Shown piece by piece: positions 11,075-23,860 of a stretch of 64,000 nt of DNA (position 1 is its first letter; the number at the start of each line of letters is the position of its first letter). The DNA is from Massalongia carnosa (taxonomy: Eukaryota). The notes beneath the pieces are model-generated. The model did not search any database. It was not told the DNA's origin and saw nothing but the letters and a program-made list of their open reading frames with translations. Position numbers and translations under genes: made by a program. Location: positions 124,001-188,000 of the forward strand of contig OZ287070.1 in the NCBI GenBank assembly GCA_965645245.1, read 5' to 3'.

Positions 11075-12252
11075 ATGTCTTCTCAGGAAGAAAACCCCCC
11101 TCATCAGGACGAGCGTGTGAGATTTGTTCAGGAACGTCTTCAATCCAACCCTCAACAGTTCTTGAACGAAATGGAAGCCATGTCGAACGAATTAGCTCAG
11201 CTTCGCGCCGCTGCCAAAACCCCATCCCCGTCCGCTTCCGATCCCCCCGTCTCGACTCTCAACCCAGCTCTCGCCCCATCCTTGGATCCGCAGATAGCTG
11301 CCCTGATGAAGCTACTCCTAGCCAGGAACCCCGAACCACGTTCAGAAAAGCTCCCAGATATTCCGGAATACGACGGGACGAAGCTCGACTGGACGCCTGG
11401 GAACAAAGCCTCATTCAGCGAATGCATATAAACAATGATCGCTATCCCTCCGACGAATCTAAAATCGCGTATGCAGAAAATCGACTAATCATCGGAAAAA
11501 AGGCTCACAACCTCATGAACTCCTATCGAGTTGACGGCCTTTGCACACTGACCTCCTTCTCCGACTGGCGATTCGCTCTTCGTCGTGCCTGTGGCAACCC
11601 CTACGAACAAGAAGATGCTCGAAAATATCTCCGAGAAACGTTGAAACAGGGCAGTATGAGCTTTGAGGAATACTATAACCTGTTCTCCCAACAGAAGGAT
11701 CGCTCGAGAATGGAGGACGCCTCTCTGATTGACGCTATGAAGACAAACGTCAACTATTCAACTCAGTCAGCGGCCCTCATGTATCGGGTTCCGGGTACCA
11801 ATCGACAACCGATTACCTTCGATGAACACGTCACCATGTGGTTGGAGACGGACCGCGGCCTGCGTCAAATTCGTCACCTCGCCCCTAAATCCTCCAACAC
11901 TACCGCGGGACTCAATGCTTCGGCCGCCATCACCCCAACGTCCCGAAAGGGACAATCAACCAATCAGCCCCCGGCAGTCAGAGCTGCTTCTGTCCCCTCC
12001 TCTTCCACCCCCCCAGCACCTCTGCCCGTCGGCGACCCGATGGATCTTAGCTCTGCTATGGCCGCAGTCAAGGGCCATTCACTAAAAACCGAGGGAGTTA
12101 GGAAGATTTGCGAAGACTGGAAGCTCTGTTTTTATTGCAAACACCAGCATCCCGGGAAGTCAGCCATTGACTGTCCCAATAAAAAATCAACTCACCTTCG
12201 AACCATGGATCTCATCCCCGAGGTTCCTAATAACAATCAGGAAAAAGCCTAG
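11075..12252 (+). pseudogene. gag: Gypsy B gag (frameshift near 11380-11420)
   Basis: SEKLPDIPEYDG, LKQGSMSFEEY, DPMDLS and LCFYCKHQHPGKSAIDC motifs across ORFs 10976-11431 and 11422-12252. Confidence 0.88.
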
Positions 12253-12269
12253 TCCCTGCGCTTAGTCGC

Positions 12270-15200
12270 GTGCAGAGACCTCCCGTTTTCATCTCTTCTT
12301 GTTTGATGGCCGACTCATTTTCCCCTTTTCTAAGGTCTAATACTCGTTTTTCCGTAGCGTCCGCTTTGGAGCTGTTCGAATCAGATAAAACGTTCAAAGA
12401 CAGCCACATGGTAGTTGCCTGTACTTTACGTTTATCTAGATTCAGAATTAAAACATTTAACCTTGTCGATTGTGGTGCATCTGGCTACTCATTTATTGAT
12501 GAAAACTTTGCGCAAACTCATCAAATCCCTCTTCATCCCCTCAAATATCCTCGAAGCCTTGAAGGATTTGACGGCCAGGCAGCCCTATCCGGAAACATTA
12601 CCAAGGTGGCCGAAATTATCATGGACCTAGAAGGTCATGTAGAAAGATTATTTCTATTTGTCACTGGATTAAAACATTACCCAATTGTCCTGGGTCGCCC
12701 ATGGCTTCGACGGCACAATGCTGTAGCTGATTTTGGAAACAATACCCTCACCTTTGCCTCTCCTTTCTGCCTCACTCATTGTTGCCCCCATCCTGTCAAG
12801 GTTCATGCCATCGAGGAAGAATTCCTCACCCCAGTCGAAAGTCAGAAAGTCTGGGAGGCTGAGGATATCAACTCAGTCAAGAAAGTTTTCGAAGACATCA
12901 CGTCTATGCAAATTATCAGTACGTCGAAAACTTTCCTAAAACAAGAGGAAAAAAATACCTCTTCAACTAAACAAATCGAGCCCAAAATCGAAACCCCCCT
13001 CGAGCCCCTATCAAATGATGAACCGAGCCGTATCGAGAAGACAATTCAGCAAGGACTCACTCCGAAAATTCGATATAGAAGTCCTTGTTCACTTCGTACA
13101 TCTACTCAAAGACGTGCCGAACAGAAAACACGCAAAAACATCCCTAGCCTGCAGCTAAACGTCTGCGAAATCGAAGCCGCCTCCTTCAACCGACTAAGCC
13201 GGAAGAAAAATTACGATATCTTTGTTCTTTCGATGAAAGAAATCGATCGCTTCTTAGGAATGGAAGCCTCACCTAGCCCAGTTCCCAGTCTAGCCCTCAA
13301 TCAAAGTCCCAGCCTAGTTATCAATTCTAGTCCCAGCCCAAGTTATCAACCATTGTCCCCCCAGTCGAGTCTCAGTGAAAAGGAAATCCATCTAGCCCTA
13401 TTCAAAATGAATAAAGCCCTAACCTTGCACGCAACCGTTACCCAGGAGGAATTAGACGAATATCGGGAAAGAAAAAACGTCGATCCAGCTCCATTTCTGC
13501 CCAAGCAATATCACGACTTCCTAGATGTTTTTTCAAAGAAAAACTCCGATATCCTACCCGATCACCGCCCGTACGATCATGCCATCAAGTTAAAAGAAGC
13601 CACTCAGGCCCCTAGTCAGGCTCTTTATGGAATGAGTCGCAATGAAATCGAGGAGCTTCGTCGCTATCTAGATGAGAATTTAGCCAAAGGATTTATTAGA
13701 GCTAGTCGCTCTCACGCTGCCTCACCAGTAATGTTCGTCAAAAAGCTGGAGGAGGACTTCGCTTTTGTGTTGACTATCGAGGCCTAAATGCCATCACGAT
13801 AAAGAATCGCTATCCGCTACCTCTGATCGCCGAGACACTAAATCGATTGTCTAGAGCCAAGATTTTCACCAAGCTAGACATCATCGCCGCCTTCAACAGG
13901 CTTCGAATAAAAGAAGAAGATGAAGAACTCACCGCATTTCGCACTCGTTTTGGCCTGTTCGAGTCTCTGGTCCTGCCATTCGGTCTGTGCAACGGACCCG
14001 CCTCTTTTCCACATTTTATCAATGACACCCTTCGCGAGTATCTTGACGACTTCTGCACGGCCTATTTAGATTACATTCTCATCTACAGCGATAATGAGCT
14101 AGAACACAAGACACACGTCAAGAAAATACTCTCCAGACTTCGAGACGCTAGTCTGCAGGCCGATATCACCAAGTGCAAATTTCACGTGACCGAAATTGCA
14201 TACCTAGGGCTGATTGTGACCACAAAGGGAATAAAGATGGACCCAGCCAAAGTGGAAACCGTCACGAACTGGCTAATTCCCGTCAATATGAAAGACGTGC
14301 AAAGCTTTTTGGGATTTGCTAACTTTTATAGACGATTCGTGTATGGATTTAGCAATATAGCCGGCCCCCTAACCAATCTGACCAAAAAGGAAACGGAATT
14401 TCGATGGACTGAAAAATGTCAAACCGCTTTCGAAATCTTGAAAAAAGCCTTCACCTCTGACGTTATATTGAGACATTTCTATCCGGATCGTCTAATAGTC
14501 GTAGAAACCGACGCCTCCGATTATGTGTCGGGTGGCATTCCTTCTCAGTATGATAATAAGGGAGTGCTTCATCCTGTCGCCTACTTTTCCAGAAAACACA
14601 ATCCGGCTGAATGCAACTATGAGATATATGACAAAGAATTAATGGCAATTGTTCGATGTTTCGAAGAATGGAGATCAGAATTGGAAGGATCTGCATTTCC
14701 CATTAACGTCATATCTGATCATAAAAACCTCGAATACTTTGCCTCGACTAAACAACTCAGTCGTCGTCAGACCAGGTGGAGTGAATTTCTTTCTCGTTTT
14801 GACTTCAAGATAGTTTACCGACCAGGAAAAGCGGGAGGAAAACCGGACACTTTGACTCGACGATCAGGAGATCTTCCTAAAGAAGGGGATGATACGGACG
14901 ATCGAAGGAAATATCAGCATCAAACTATTCTAAAAACCGAAAACATAGACGAGGAAATCGCAAAAAGCTATCTTTCTTCTATTCTTCTAGCCCCAGCCTT
15001 TCTAAATGACGAAGAACCTCACCCCGAAGAACCTCAGCTAGACGAGGGCCCAATCAATCCAGATGAGGATATTCCCACTCAGCTTCTTTGGGAACAAGCC
15101 CTCGCACGAGATCAATTCGCACCCAGAATTCTAGAAGCTCTTCGCAATAACGAAAGACATCATAATCAAATTCAGCTAGCAGATGCGAAGACAGAGAAGG

Positions 15201-16620
15201 TGTCCTATATTTTCGGAATAAGAAATATGTGCCTCGATCAGACCGACTACGACTTCGTATCATTCAACTTGCCCACGATAGCGTCGCCGGATGACATCCA
15301 GGCCGTTCCAAATGTCACGAATTGGTAAATCGAATACATTGGTGGCCCAGTATGCATCAGTCCATCAAAAGATTTATTCGGAATTGCCACACCTGCAAAA
15401 GATCAAAACCATCTCGTCAGCGTTAGCAAGGCTGGCTGCGTCTGCTACCCCCTCCAGAACGTAGATGGCGTGATGTCTCCATGGATTATGTAGGACCACT
15501 GACTCCCAGCACCTTTATGGGAATCACCTATCGCTATGATTTGGTGTTTATAGACCGTCTTTCCAAAATGCGACACTTTGTCCCCACAGCAACCATGGAA
15601 GTTGAAGAAGCGGCCAATTCTTTCTATCAGAATGTCTGGAAATTGCATGGCCTTCCCGATGTCCTAGTCTCCGACCGCGGCTCTCAGTTTACCTCCGACT
15701 TCTGGGAACTGATGTGCAAAAGGTTGAAAATCGATGCCAATCTTTCCACTGGTTATCATCCTGAGACTGATGGACAAACCGAAAGAGCTAATGCCACTAT
15801 AGAGCATTATCTTAGGGCTTATGTCAACTACATGCAAGATGACTGGGCACAATGGCTTCCCGGCGCCGAATTCGCTAGCAATAACACCGACTCTTCTAGT
15901 ATTCTAGCCTCCCCCTTCCTAGCCAACTTCGGACAACATTATCGTGTGGGATTTGAACCGGAGGAACCGTTACCTCAAGACCTGACCACTCAGGGAAGGG
16001 CAAACCTCATTGCAGCCAATCAGTTTGTGGACAAAATGCAGGACATCGATACTCATCTCCGAGACGAAATGCTAATGGCACAAGCATCTTATGAATCAAC
16101 CGCAAATGCTAATCGACGTCCCTGCCCCCACTATTTCGTAGGAGATATGGTATGGCTACGCACCAGAAACATCCAGACCGCCCGCCCAACAGTTAAATTG
16201 GACGATCGAAACATCGGTCCCTATCGGGTCAGCAAGGTTTTTTCCAACCCACTGATTGTTCAAATCGAACTTCCCGATACCGTCAAAACTCATCCCGTTT
16301 TTCACGTCAATCTATTGCAACACGACGCCAATGACCCGCTTCCCGGACAAATACCGGAGCCTCAAAACCCCATTATTGCTGAAGACGGCCAGCGAGAATG
16401 GTATGTAAATAGCATTCTGAATTCCAAACTCGATCGACGTTTCCAACCCCCACTTCTGAAGTATCTTGTCGGCTGGGAAGGACACGCCTCCACCTGGGAA
16501 CCATTCAACTACATCACCAACTGTCAGCAAGCCCTAGACGAGTATCATCAAGCTTACCCCAACGCGGCTGGCCATCATCTCACCCCGCGCCAAATTCCTC
16601 GCTGTCGGTATCGTGATTAA
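12270..16620 (+). pseudogene. pol: Gypsy B pol (PR-RT-RH-IN-chromodomain), several frameshifts and stops
   Basis: LVDCGASG protease, YLDY (mutated YLDD), ETDASD, GYHPETDGQTER, HPVFHV, and chromodomain WYVNSIL...YLVGWEG...TWEP. Confidence 0.92.
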
Positions 16621-17064
16621 AATTGCATCGCAGGAGCTCTGCCTTTGAGAGGGGAGCTACTGTCATGAAACGGCTTCGAACCAAAAGGATCTCGGCCTTA
16701 TCCCTAGTTGCCCCCTCTATCCTATCCCTACCTACCGTACCGCAGGTTCATTGGAGCTACCGCGGGTTCATTGGACCTAACGCAGGTTCATTGGACCTAA
16801 CGCAGGTTCATTGGACCTAACGCAGGCTCATTGGAACTACCGCGGATTCATTGGACCTACCGCGGGTTCATTGGACCTACCGCAGGTTCATTAGACCTAC
16901 CACAGCTTCATTGGTCAGTTCGTGCTATTCCAACCTTTCTCGATGCGGTTAGATCGAGTACTGCTCCGCCTCCGATCTTCGAAACCATAATTACCCAGTC
17001 CCCATTAGGTGTCTTCGTATTAACTTAGGAAAAGGAGATGAATAGGAGACATCGAAGATCAAGG

Positions 17065-17397
17065 TGTCGGACCGTTCTTATTGATCTGGAAAATGATGTT
17101 CTCCTTGTCTATCTAAACTGGAAATTCTAGCTAGCTATATAGACCATTTCGCCACATTCTTTGATAATCTAGATATCTTCCAGCCACTTCTATTTACTAA
17201 TAAATCATTAGTGATCCGGAACCCATGCGAGGTACAATGCTTTGAAATCATTGAGTATTAGAAATCAGATATATGGCATAGAAAGAAATAGCATCTGAAA
17301 GATCGAAGCCTCGGTTATTAGTCCGAAATCACGTGCTTTCCTTCAACAGGATCTTACTTCGGGAAATGGCTTGAACCACGATCTATTAATATCGACA
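17065..17397. mobile_element. solo LTR inserted in the 3' LTR of Gypsy B
   Basis: TGTCG...CGACA, 333 bp, TSD CAAGG at 17060-17064 and 17398-17402. It is absent from the 5' LTR. Confidence 0.9.
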
Positions 17398-19644
17398 CAA
17401 GGAAACAAAGGGGTAAGGAGGTGAGGAACAGATATAAAAGAAGGGGTCGAGTCTCGAAAGTTCTGGCTCCTTGTCCGACGTCTTGACTAGCCAATCTAGC
17501 CTAGCTGTAGCTATAGACTTAGTCAATTAGAAATCTTGACCATCCAATCCAGTCCCTTGACACTACGCATCAAATCGTTTTTAATGCCATTGTAAGCTCG
17601 AAAAAAACTTATAATCCCCTCGATGTAGGGCCGTCAAGACGATGGTTTCGGGATTGGTAGAAGCGTAGCAATTTTCATAAAATCAAGACAAAACAATTAT
17701 CCATGATCCGATTTGAAGCCGCTCAGGAATCGAATGTGACCAGATGGTTTGCTGATTATAGGCATGCATTTAAAACACTGAATATTCGAAAAAGACGAAA
17801 TATTCTGAATTTTGATAAAGTTGGCTTCCGCATTTGGTGCATGAGGGGACAGGAAATTCTTGTTCCCATGGAAATTAAACAATTCTACGCTATCAGCCCG
17901 GAAAACCGTAGATCGGCGACGATTATCGAGACAATCAATGCTGCCGGCGACTATCCGCCCCCTCCAATGGTCATCATACAAGGTCATGACATCATGGCCA
18001 TATGGTTTCGGATGATCTGCCACAGGGCACGCATATCGTGCCTTCGGACAGTGGATTTACATCTGATAAGATAGCAGTTAAATATGTGAAGCATCTTATC
18101 AAGAATTCAGATGCAGGACCGAATGCGGATTGGAAATTGTTGCTTATGGATAATCACGGCAGTCATATTACTCCTGAATTTGCTGCTTTGGCCAATGAAA
18201 ATCACATTCGTCCTTATCCACTAATTCCGCATTTAACCCACAGTATGTAGCCATTGGATTTGGGTGTATTTCAACCCTATAAGCATTGGCATAATGTGGC
18301 TATTCAAGAGACTATACAGGAGTCATTTATTGAGTATGCCCTGACGCAATTCCTGAAGGATTTTGTCAAAATCAGGAATAATACCTTCAAACTATCCACT
18401 ATTCGACATGCCTTTGAAAAGTCGGGCATGTGGCCTGTAAATCCAAAAGCATGCATTCAACAGCTGAAAAGATTCAATCCCAACAATCCAAACAATCTGA
18501 CTGAGATTCTGACCGAGACGAATAATGATAATCAGCTCCCATTACCCCCCCTACCTCGTCAAATCCAACCAAGGGAAATAGCCGACATAGAATATAGATT
18601 GGATCATCAATGCGGACCAAAAATTCAGGAATCTATGCTATGGAGTGACCCTATTCGGCCTGAGGATTTTGACTCATTTGTTATCAATGCAAAAGAAGTT
18701 ATTCCGAACTCGATTCTCAAGGAAACGGAGCTGAGAATGTGGCAACAGACACGAATGCAACAGTTAAACAGTAGATAATTTTCTCGCAAACGACTGAGAC
18801 CTGAATCAGGAAAATTGGGACTGACTAAGGAAGATGCGGAGCATGCCTTAACCATGAAGCTACAACACGTAAAAAAGGCTGAAAAGAAACGAGTGGACAA
18901 TAAGTTTATGAAGATATGGAGAAAGGAAAGAGACGAAATTCACGTCAAGGGAATGGCTACTCGAAAAGCAGAAAGGGATCGAGTCAAACGATTAAAAGAA
19001 ATAACCAAAACCCTCAATCCCATACCAATTGAGTTGTATGAAGCAATTTCTGACCCCGAGGCCTTATGGAAAGCGACGAATGAGGTGTGGATAGCTGAGG
19101 AAGCAAAGAAAGAAGCCAGAAAAAATCCAGGTGTCAATGCTACGATTGATGAGGAAGAAACCGCGATTCTAGTAGATGAAGAATCATGGGTGCAGAGAGA
19201 TTTCGGGGGCTCCATCGAGATGCAAAGTGATATCGTATCTTTCATGGATGAAGAAGATGAGGAAAATGTGGGGTATAGGGGGATCCGGAAGGATCGGGTG
19301 GATCGAAGGGATCAGGGGGGTCGAGGGGATAATTTTGATGATGGTTATAATGATGACACTGTTTTTCAAGCTTTGTATGACGTTAGCTAATGATTAACCC
19401 AGATGATTGAGGGTAAAACGTGAAAAAGATGAAAATTTAATGATTTTGGCTGGATGCACCGCTTTCCGGGATGCACCGCTTTCCGGGATGCACCGCTTTC
19501 CCCAACTAAAATGCGAAAGCATTTTAGTCGGATCCACGGAGCTAAGCGAGCCGACGATTATTCGTCAAGCGCCCATGTCAAACGTGGGCGCAATCGGCAG
19601 TACCTAGAACATTTCGGCTAATTGACTAATGTAGCCAATTAGTC

Positions 19645-20117
19645 TGTCATGAAATCGAACAAACCCGATCCAGAATCAATCCCGTAGATGAATCTGACTA
19701 AGCTCCCGTTACTCTATTCAGCTTAGTCAAAATCTCATTAACTAAATCGATTTTAGACCCCTCTCAACGGCTTCAGGTCAAAGCTGTACCATCATCATCA
19801 AAGCGTACCAACGACAGGCGAACCTCATCTCTACCTTTTATCGTCAAACACCTCGTCAAACCTTCGTGCCTTACGTCTCCTAATAGGGGGAGATAAACAC
19901 TGATCGAATATTTATGCAAAGGGGTTCGAGACAACTATAAAAGGAAGGACAAGTTAATTAGAGAATTGACTCCTTGTCCGACGTCTTGTATAGCAATCCA
20001 TCACCTAGCTATAGCCTTATTAATAAAGACATCTTGATCACCCAATCCAATTCCTAGGAATTAGTCAAAATTATCTGCGGGATTGAGTCTGGATCGGGTT
20101 GGTTCCATTTCATGACA
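19645..20117 (+). mobile_element. solo LTR related to Gypsy B, with ~57-bp terminal inverted repeats
   Basis: TGTCATGAAAT...ATTTCATGACA, TSD TAGTC at 19640-19644 and 20118-20122. It shares TATAAAAG...CTCCTTGTCCGACGTCTTG with the Gypsy B LTR. Confidence 0.85.
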
Positions 20118-20789
20118 TAGTCGACCATTGGACCAATTCGCGGGTCCTCCCGATTTCCCGATGATGGTAATGTAATAATAAAAGTATGTATGACCGTGAT
20201 GTTGAAGAGGGGTAGTCGTGGGTGGTGCATACGTGATGACCTCAAGGAGAGAAGACCGGCAGAAAGCAAACAAGGAACACAAGTGAAAACAACAAATAGA
20301 ACGTTGGTGGTGACGACTCGGCCACTCTGACACTGTCACTCGGACACGAATACTGACTCTGAAGGAAAGGAAAATATTGATTGCCTGTCTGTCTAGAGGG
20401 TGAAACTTCCCCTATCTATAGAAAAATGGGCGCCTTAGCCCCGGAAAAACCTCCCCTCCGCTCCGTCCACACCAATCCCCCCCCCCTCTCCTCAGCACCT
20501 GCCCTTGTCCCTATTCACCCTATCATAATGTTCCTGAGAATTCAGCTCACTAAACCTTAATTTTTCAGGATTCGATCACTTTTTATTTTCAGGGTCCAAA
20601 ATCAGTAAAACTTTGTCTTAAAACCCAACCCAGGGCTAATAATCGTCGGCTCGCTTAGTGGGATCCGACTCGGAGGCCGTCCCCTCCCAGTCGGGGAAAG
20701 CGATTTGCATCCGGAAAGCGATTTGCATCCATTCAAACTGAAATTTTGACCATTTTTTACCTTTTACCCTCAACCACAATGATTTATTG

Positions 20790-23395
20790 ATTCTAAATTT
20801 CATACAAAGCTCGAAAGGCATCGTCATTGTCCAAGCCGTCATTAAAATCATCGCTCTGACTGTCACGAAATCAGGTCGAGGGCAAGGGCAAAGGCAAGGT
20901 GGGTTGATGGTCAAGCTTATTGATTGAGTCTATAGCTATGAATCTAGGCTAGGCTAGGTTGGCTATTCAAGACGTTCGACAAAGAATCAGAACTTCCATG
21001 ATTCGACTTCTTTCTTATATCTTTGTCCTCCCATATTCATCTTTCTAGGGTGGCGGCGAATGATGTCTAGTCAGTGCGATGATGAATGAGGGGCATTATA
21101 GCGGCAATAAGCACGATGGGGTCAGCGAGGAGACGGGAGATGTCAAACATCAATGTGAAGCTATTAGACATGATAATAGTCGAAAGACGGGAATAAATCA
21201 TCAATGCGAGGCTGATTAATGATCAGTAATCGGCGAATTCGAAGAATGATATGAGGGTCCCGAAGGCATGGCACGACGTCCGTGAGTAGTCATCAGATCA
21301 AGGCACGTGATAGAGGCACGTGGTGAGGTCGGAGGCATTTCATGACACTGACCCCCCTGACCCCCTTGGCAACCCTGACGACCCTGATTATTCTGATCTT
21401 CCTGATACCCCGCATACCCCGCATCCACCTCATAATTCGAAGCATCTCCCGATTCGAAACCTGGATCGAGAGACACAAAACCATCTCGTAGCCATGCTCC
21501 TTCTGGAATGTCCGGAATGTTCGAAATATTCGAAATGCCTCCATTTCTAGCTTCAGTCTCATCTACAATAAATGTGACGTCTTCTTCAACATTGGCACGA
21601 GCAGATGCAGATGGATTCTTTCTGGCTTTGTTTTTCGCTTCCTCAGCTATCCACACCTCATTCGTCGCTTTCTATAATACCTCGGGGTCAGGAATCTCCT
21701 CATACATCTCAACTGAGATGGCACCGAGCCCTTTCTGCATCTCTTTTAGTCGTTTGACTCGATCCCTTTCTGTTTTTCGAGCAGTCACCCCTTTGACATA
21801 AATTTCGTCTCTTTCCGTTCTCCACAACTTCATGAAGATATTTTTCTCCTTCTTCTTCTTAATTTCCTGATTTTTTTGTAGCTTCATGGCTATAGCTTGC
21901 TTCGCATCTTCAGCGGTTATTCCCAATATTCCGATTTCAGGTCTCAATCTTTTACGAGATATTCGTCTGCTGTTTAGCTGAATCGTTCTTTGCTGCTGAT
22001 ACATTTCAAGCTCCGCTTCTCCGAGTATAGACTTCGAAATGATCTCTTTCGTACCAGCTATAAAAGAATCAAATTCCCCTGCTCGGGCGGGATCACTCCA
22101 TAGCATAGATTCTTGAATTTTTGACCTCCATTGACTCAATCCATGTTCTATGTCGACTATATCCCTAGGTTGAATTTGACGAGGTAGAGGAAGTGAGGGC
22201 TAATTAGTCAGATCAGAATTGCTCAGACTAGAATTGTCGAGCATGAATTGTTTCAGCTGACGAATCCATGCTTCTGGATTGACCGGCCACATTCCCGAAT
22301 TTTCAAATGCATGTCGGATTGTAGAAGCTTTGAATATCTGGTTTCTAATTTTGATCAAATCCTGAAGAAACCGAGTCAGGGATTACTCGACAAATGAGGA
22401 TGCAACATTCTCCTCAATAGCCTGTTGATGCCAGTGTTTATAGGGCTAAAATACGCCGACATCTAATTGCTGCATGCAATCAGTCAAATGTTGAATTAGT
22501 GGGTAGGGACGAATGTGATTTTCATTAGCCAGAAGTACAAATTCAGGTGTAACGTAACTGCCATGATTATATATCAGGAGCAATTTCCAATCTGCATTAA
22601 GTCCTGCATCCGAATTTTGAATGAGATGCTTCAAATATTCAATTGCTATCTTATCAGATGTGAAACCACTGTCGGAAGGCACAATACGCGTGCCCACCGG
22701 CAAAATCCTCCGAAAACCACGTCGCCATGGTTTCCTGACCCTGTATGATAATCATGGGGGGAGGGGGATAGTCGCCAGCAGCATTGATCGTCTCAATAAC
22801 CGTCGCAGATCTGGGATTCTCCGGGCTGACGGCGTAGAATTGCTTGATTTCTATAGGAACGTAGATTTCCTGACCCTTCATGCATCCAATTCAAAAACCA
22901 GCTTCATCAAAGTTTAGCATGTTTCGTCTTCTTCTGATTTTCAATTCCCTCAATACCTCTTTATAGCCATCAAACAATTTGATCACATCTGATTCTTCAG
23001 CGGCTTTAAAGCGAAATCATTGGTAATTGTTTGGTCTTAATCTTGTGTAAATTGCTACGTTTCCACCAAGACCGAAACCATCGTCTAGATAGAGCTTTTA
23101 ATTTATGAGCCTTTCTCAGACTTACAATTGCATTAAAAGCCATATGATGCGTAGGTGGAATTCCATGTATCAATAAGGATTTAATGAATCCATCTAAAGC
23201 CCTAGCTTCATGCTCTTTCAGTATCTGATTTGCTACCCCCTTTTTTTTCCCTTCTTTTTTCTGTCCTTCTTTCGGATGACGACGAACAAAAGACGTTAAC
23301 GTTTTTACGTTGACATTGTAGATTTTTGACGCAGCAGCCTTTCTTACTTCGGGATGATTAATCAGAAATTGCTTCGCTTCTTCCAATCTTTCCAT
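20790..23395 (-). pseudogene. pogo/Fot1 DDE transposase, degenerate
   Basis: Fragments MERLEEAKQFL...GIPPTHHMAFNA, NFDEAGF, INAAGDYPPPPMIIIQG and QQLDVGVF, collinear with the pogo 1 transposase. Confidence 0.88.
20861..21347 (-). mobile_element. solo LTR (Gypsy B-related) inserted in pogo 2
   Basis: TGTCA...TGACA, TSD CTGAC at 20856-20860 and 21348-21352. The reverse complement shares GTC.AACGTCTTGAATAGCCAA...AGCTATAGACTCA with the Gypsy B LTR. Confidence 0.88.
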
Positions 23396-23860
23396 AGGGT
23401 GAGATTGGAAACCAAGATTGAGGCAATATATTCCATGGTGCGAAGGGAGGTTGAAAATGTCTTTTCGAAAGTTGCAAATGTGATAATAAAGGATCGTAAA
23501 TTGAGCCGGGGGAATAATTTTGATAACAACGATGACGACGACGATGCTTTCAAGCTTTTTACGATATTAAGTAATGAATTATCAATGTGGTTGAGAGTAA
23601 AGGGTAAAAAATGGTCAAAATTTCAGTTTGGATAGACGCAAATCGCTTTCCGGATGCAAATCGCTTTCCCCGACTAGGAGGCGACGGCCTCCGAGTCGGA
23701 TCCCGCTAAGCGAGCCGACGATTAATCTTCCGAATTTCAAAACATCGACAGCTTTGGAATGCGCTCGATCAGCTTATTAATCGACCTAAATGTCATGCTT
23801 AGGTATAAAATGGGATGTGCGGAGCCATATGCCCTAACGAGGGGTGTTATTGTATCCGGC

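Larger units (their letters stand above)
10459..17562 (+). mobile_element. Ty3/Gypsy chromovirus B (degenerate), nested in pogo 1
   Basis: LTRs 10459-11002 and 16661-17562 (the latter contains a solo LTR and one extra 20-bp repeat unit). TSD CTACG at 10454-10458 and 17563-17567; PPT GAGAGGGGAG. Confidence 0.95.
10243..19390 (+). pseudogene. pogo/Fot1 DDE transposase, split by Gypsy B, with stops and frameshifts
   Basis: N-terminus MEEAKQFL...GIPPT at 10243-10458 resumes as HQIVFNA at 17568. Catalytic motifs NFDK(E)VGF, LLLMDNHGSH and (Q)PLDLGVFQPYK. Confidence 0.9.
9908..19558 (+). mobile_element. pogo/Fot1-like DNA transposon 1, interrupted by Gypsy B
   Basis: Long TIRs ATCGTCGGCTCGCTTAGCTCCGTGGATCCGACT... 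starting at 9908 and ending at 19558; TA TSD at 9906-9907 and 19559-19560; internal 17-bp GGAAAGCGGTGCATCCC repeats. Confidence 0.93.
20642..23722 (-). mobile_element. pogo/Fot1-like DNA transposon 2 (sister family of pogo 1)
   Basis: TIRs ATCGTCGGCTCGCTTAG(T/C)GGGATCCGACT...; TA TSD at 20640-20641 and 23723-23724; 18-bp internal repeats GGAAAGCGATTTGCATCC. Confidence 0.93.

Noticed and set aside
20123..20640. Possible minus-strand gene start (TATA-like box and intron-like segment)
   Set aside because: No convincing ORF could be rebuilt after removing the neighbouring insertions.
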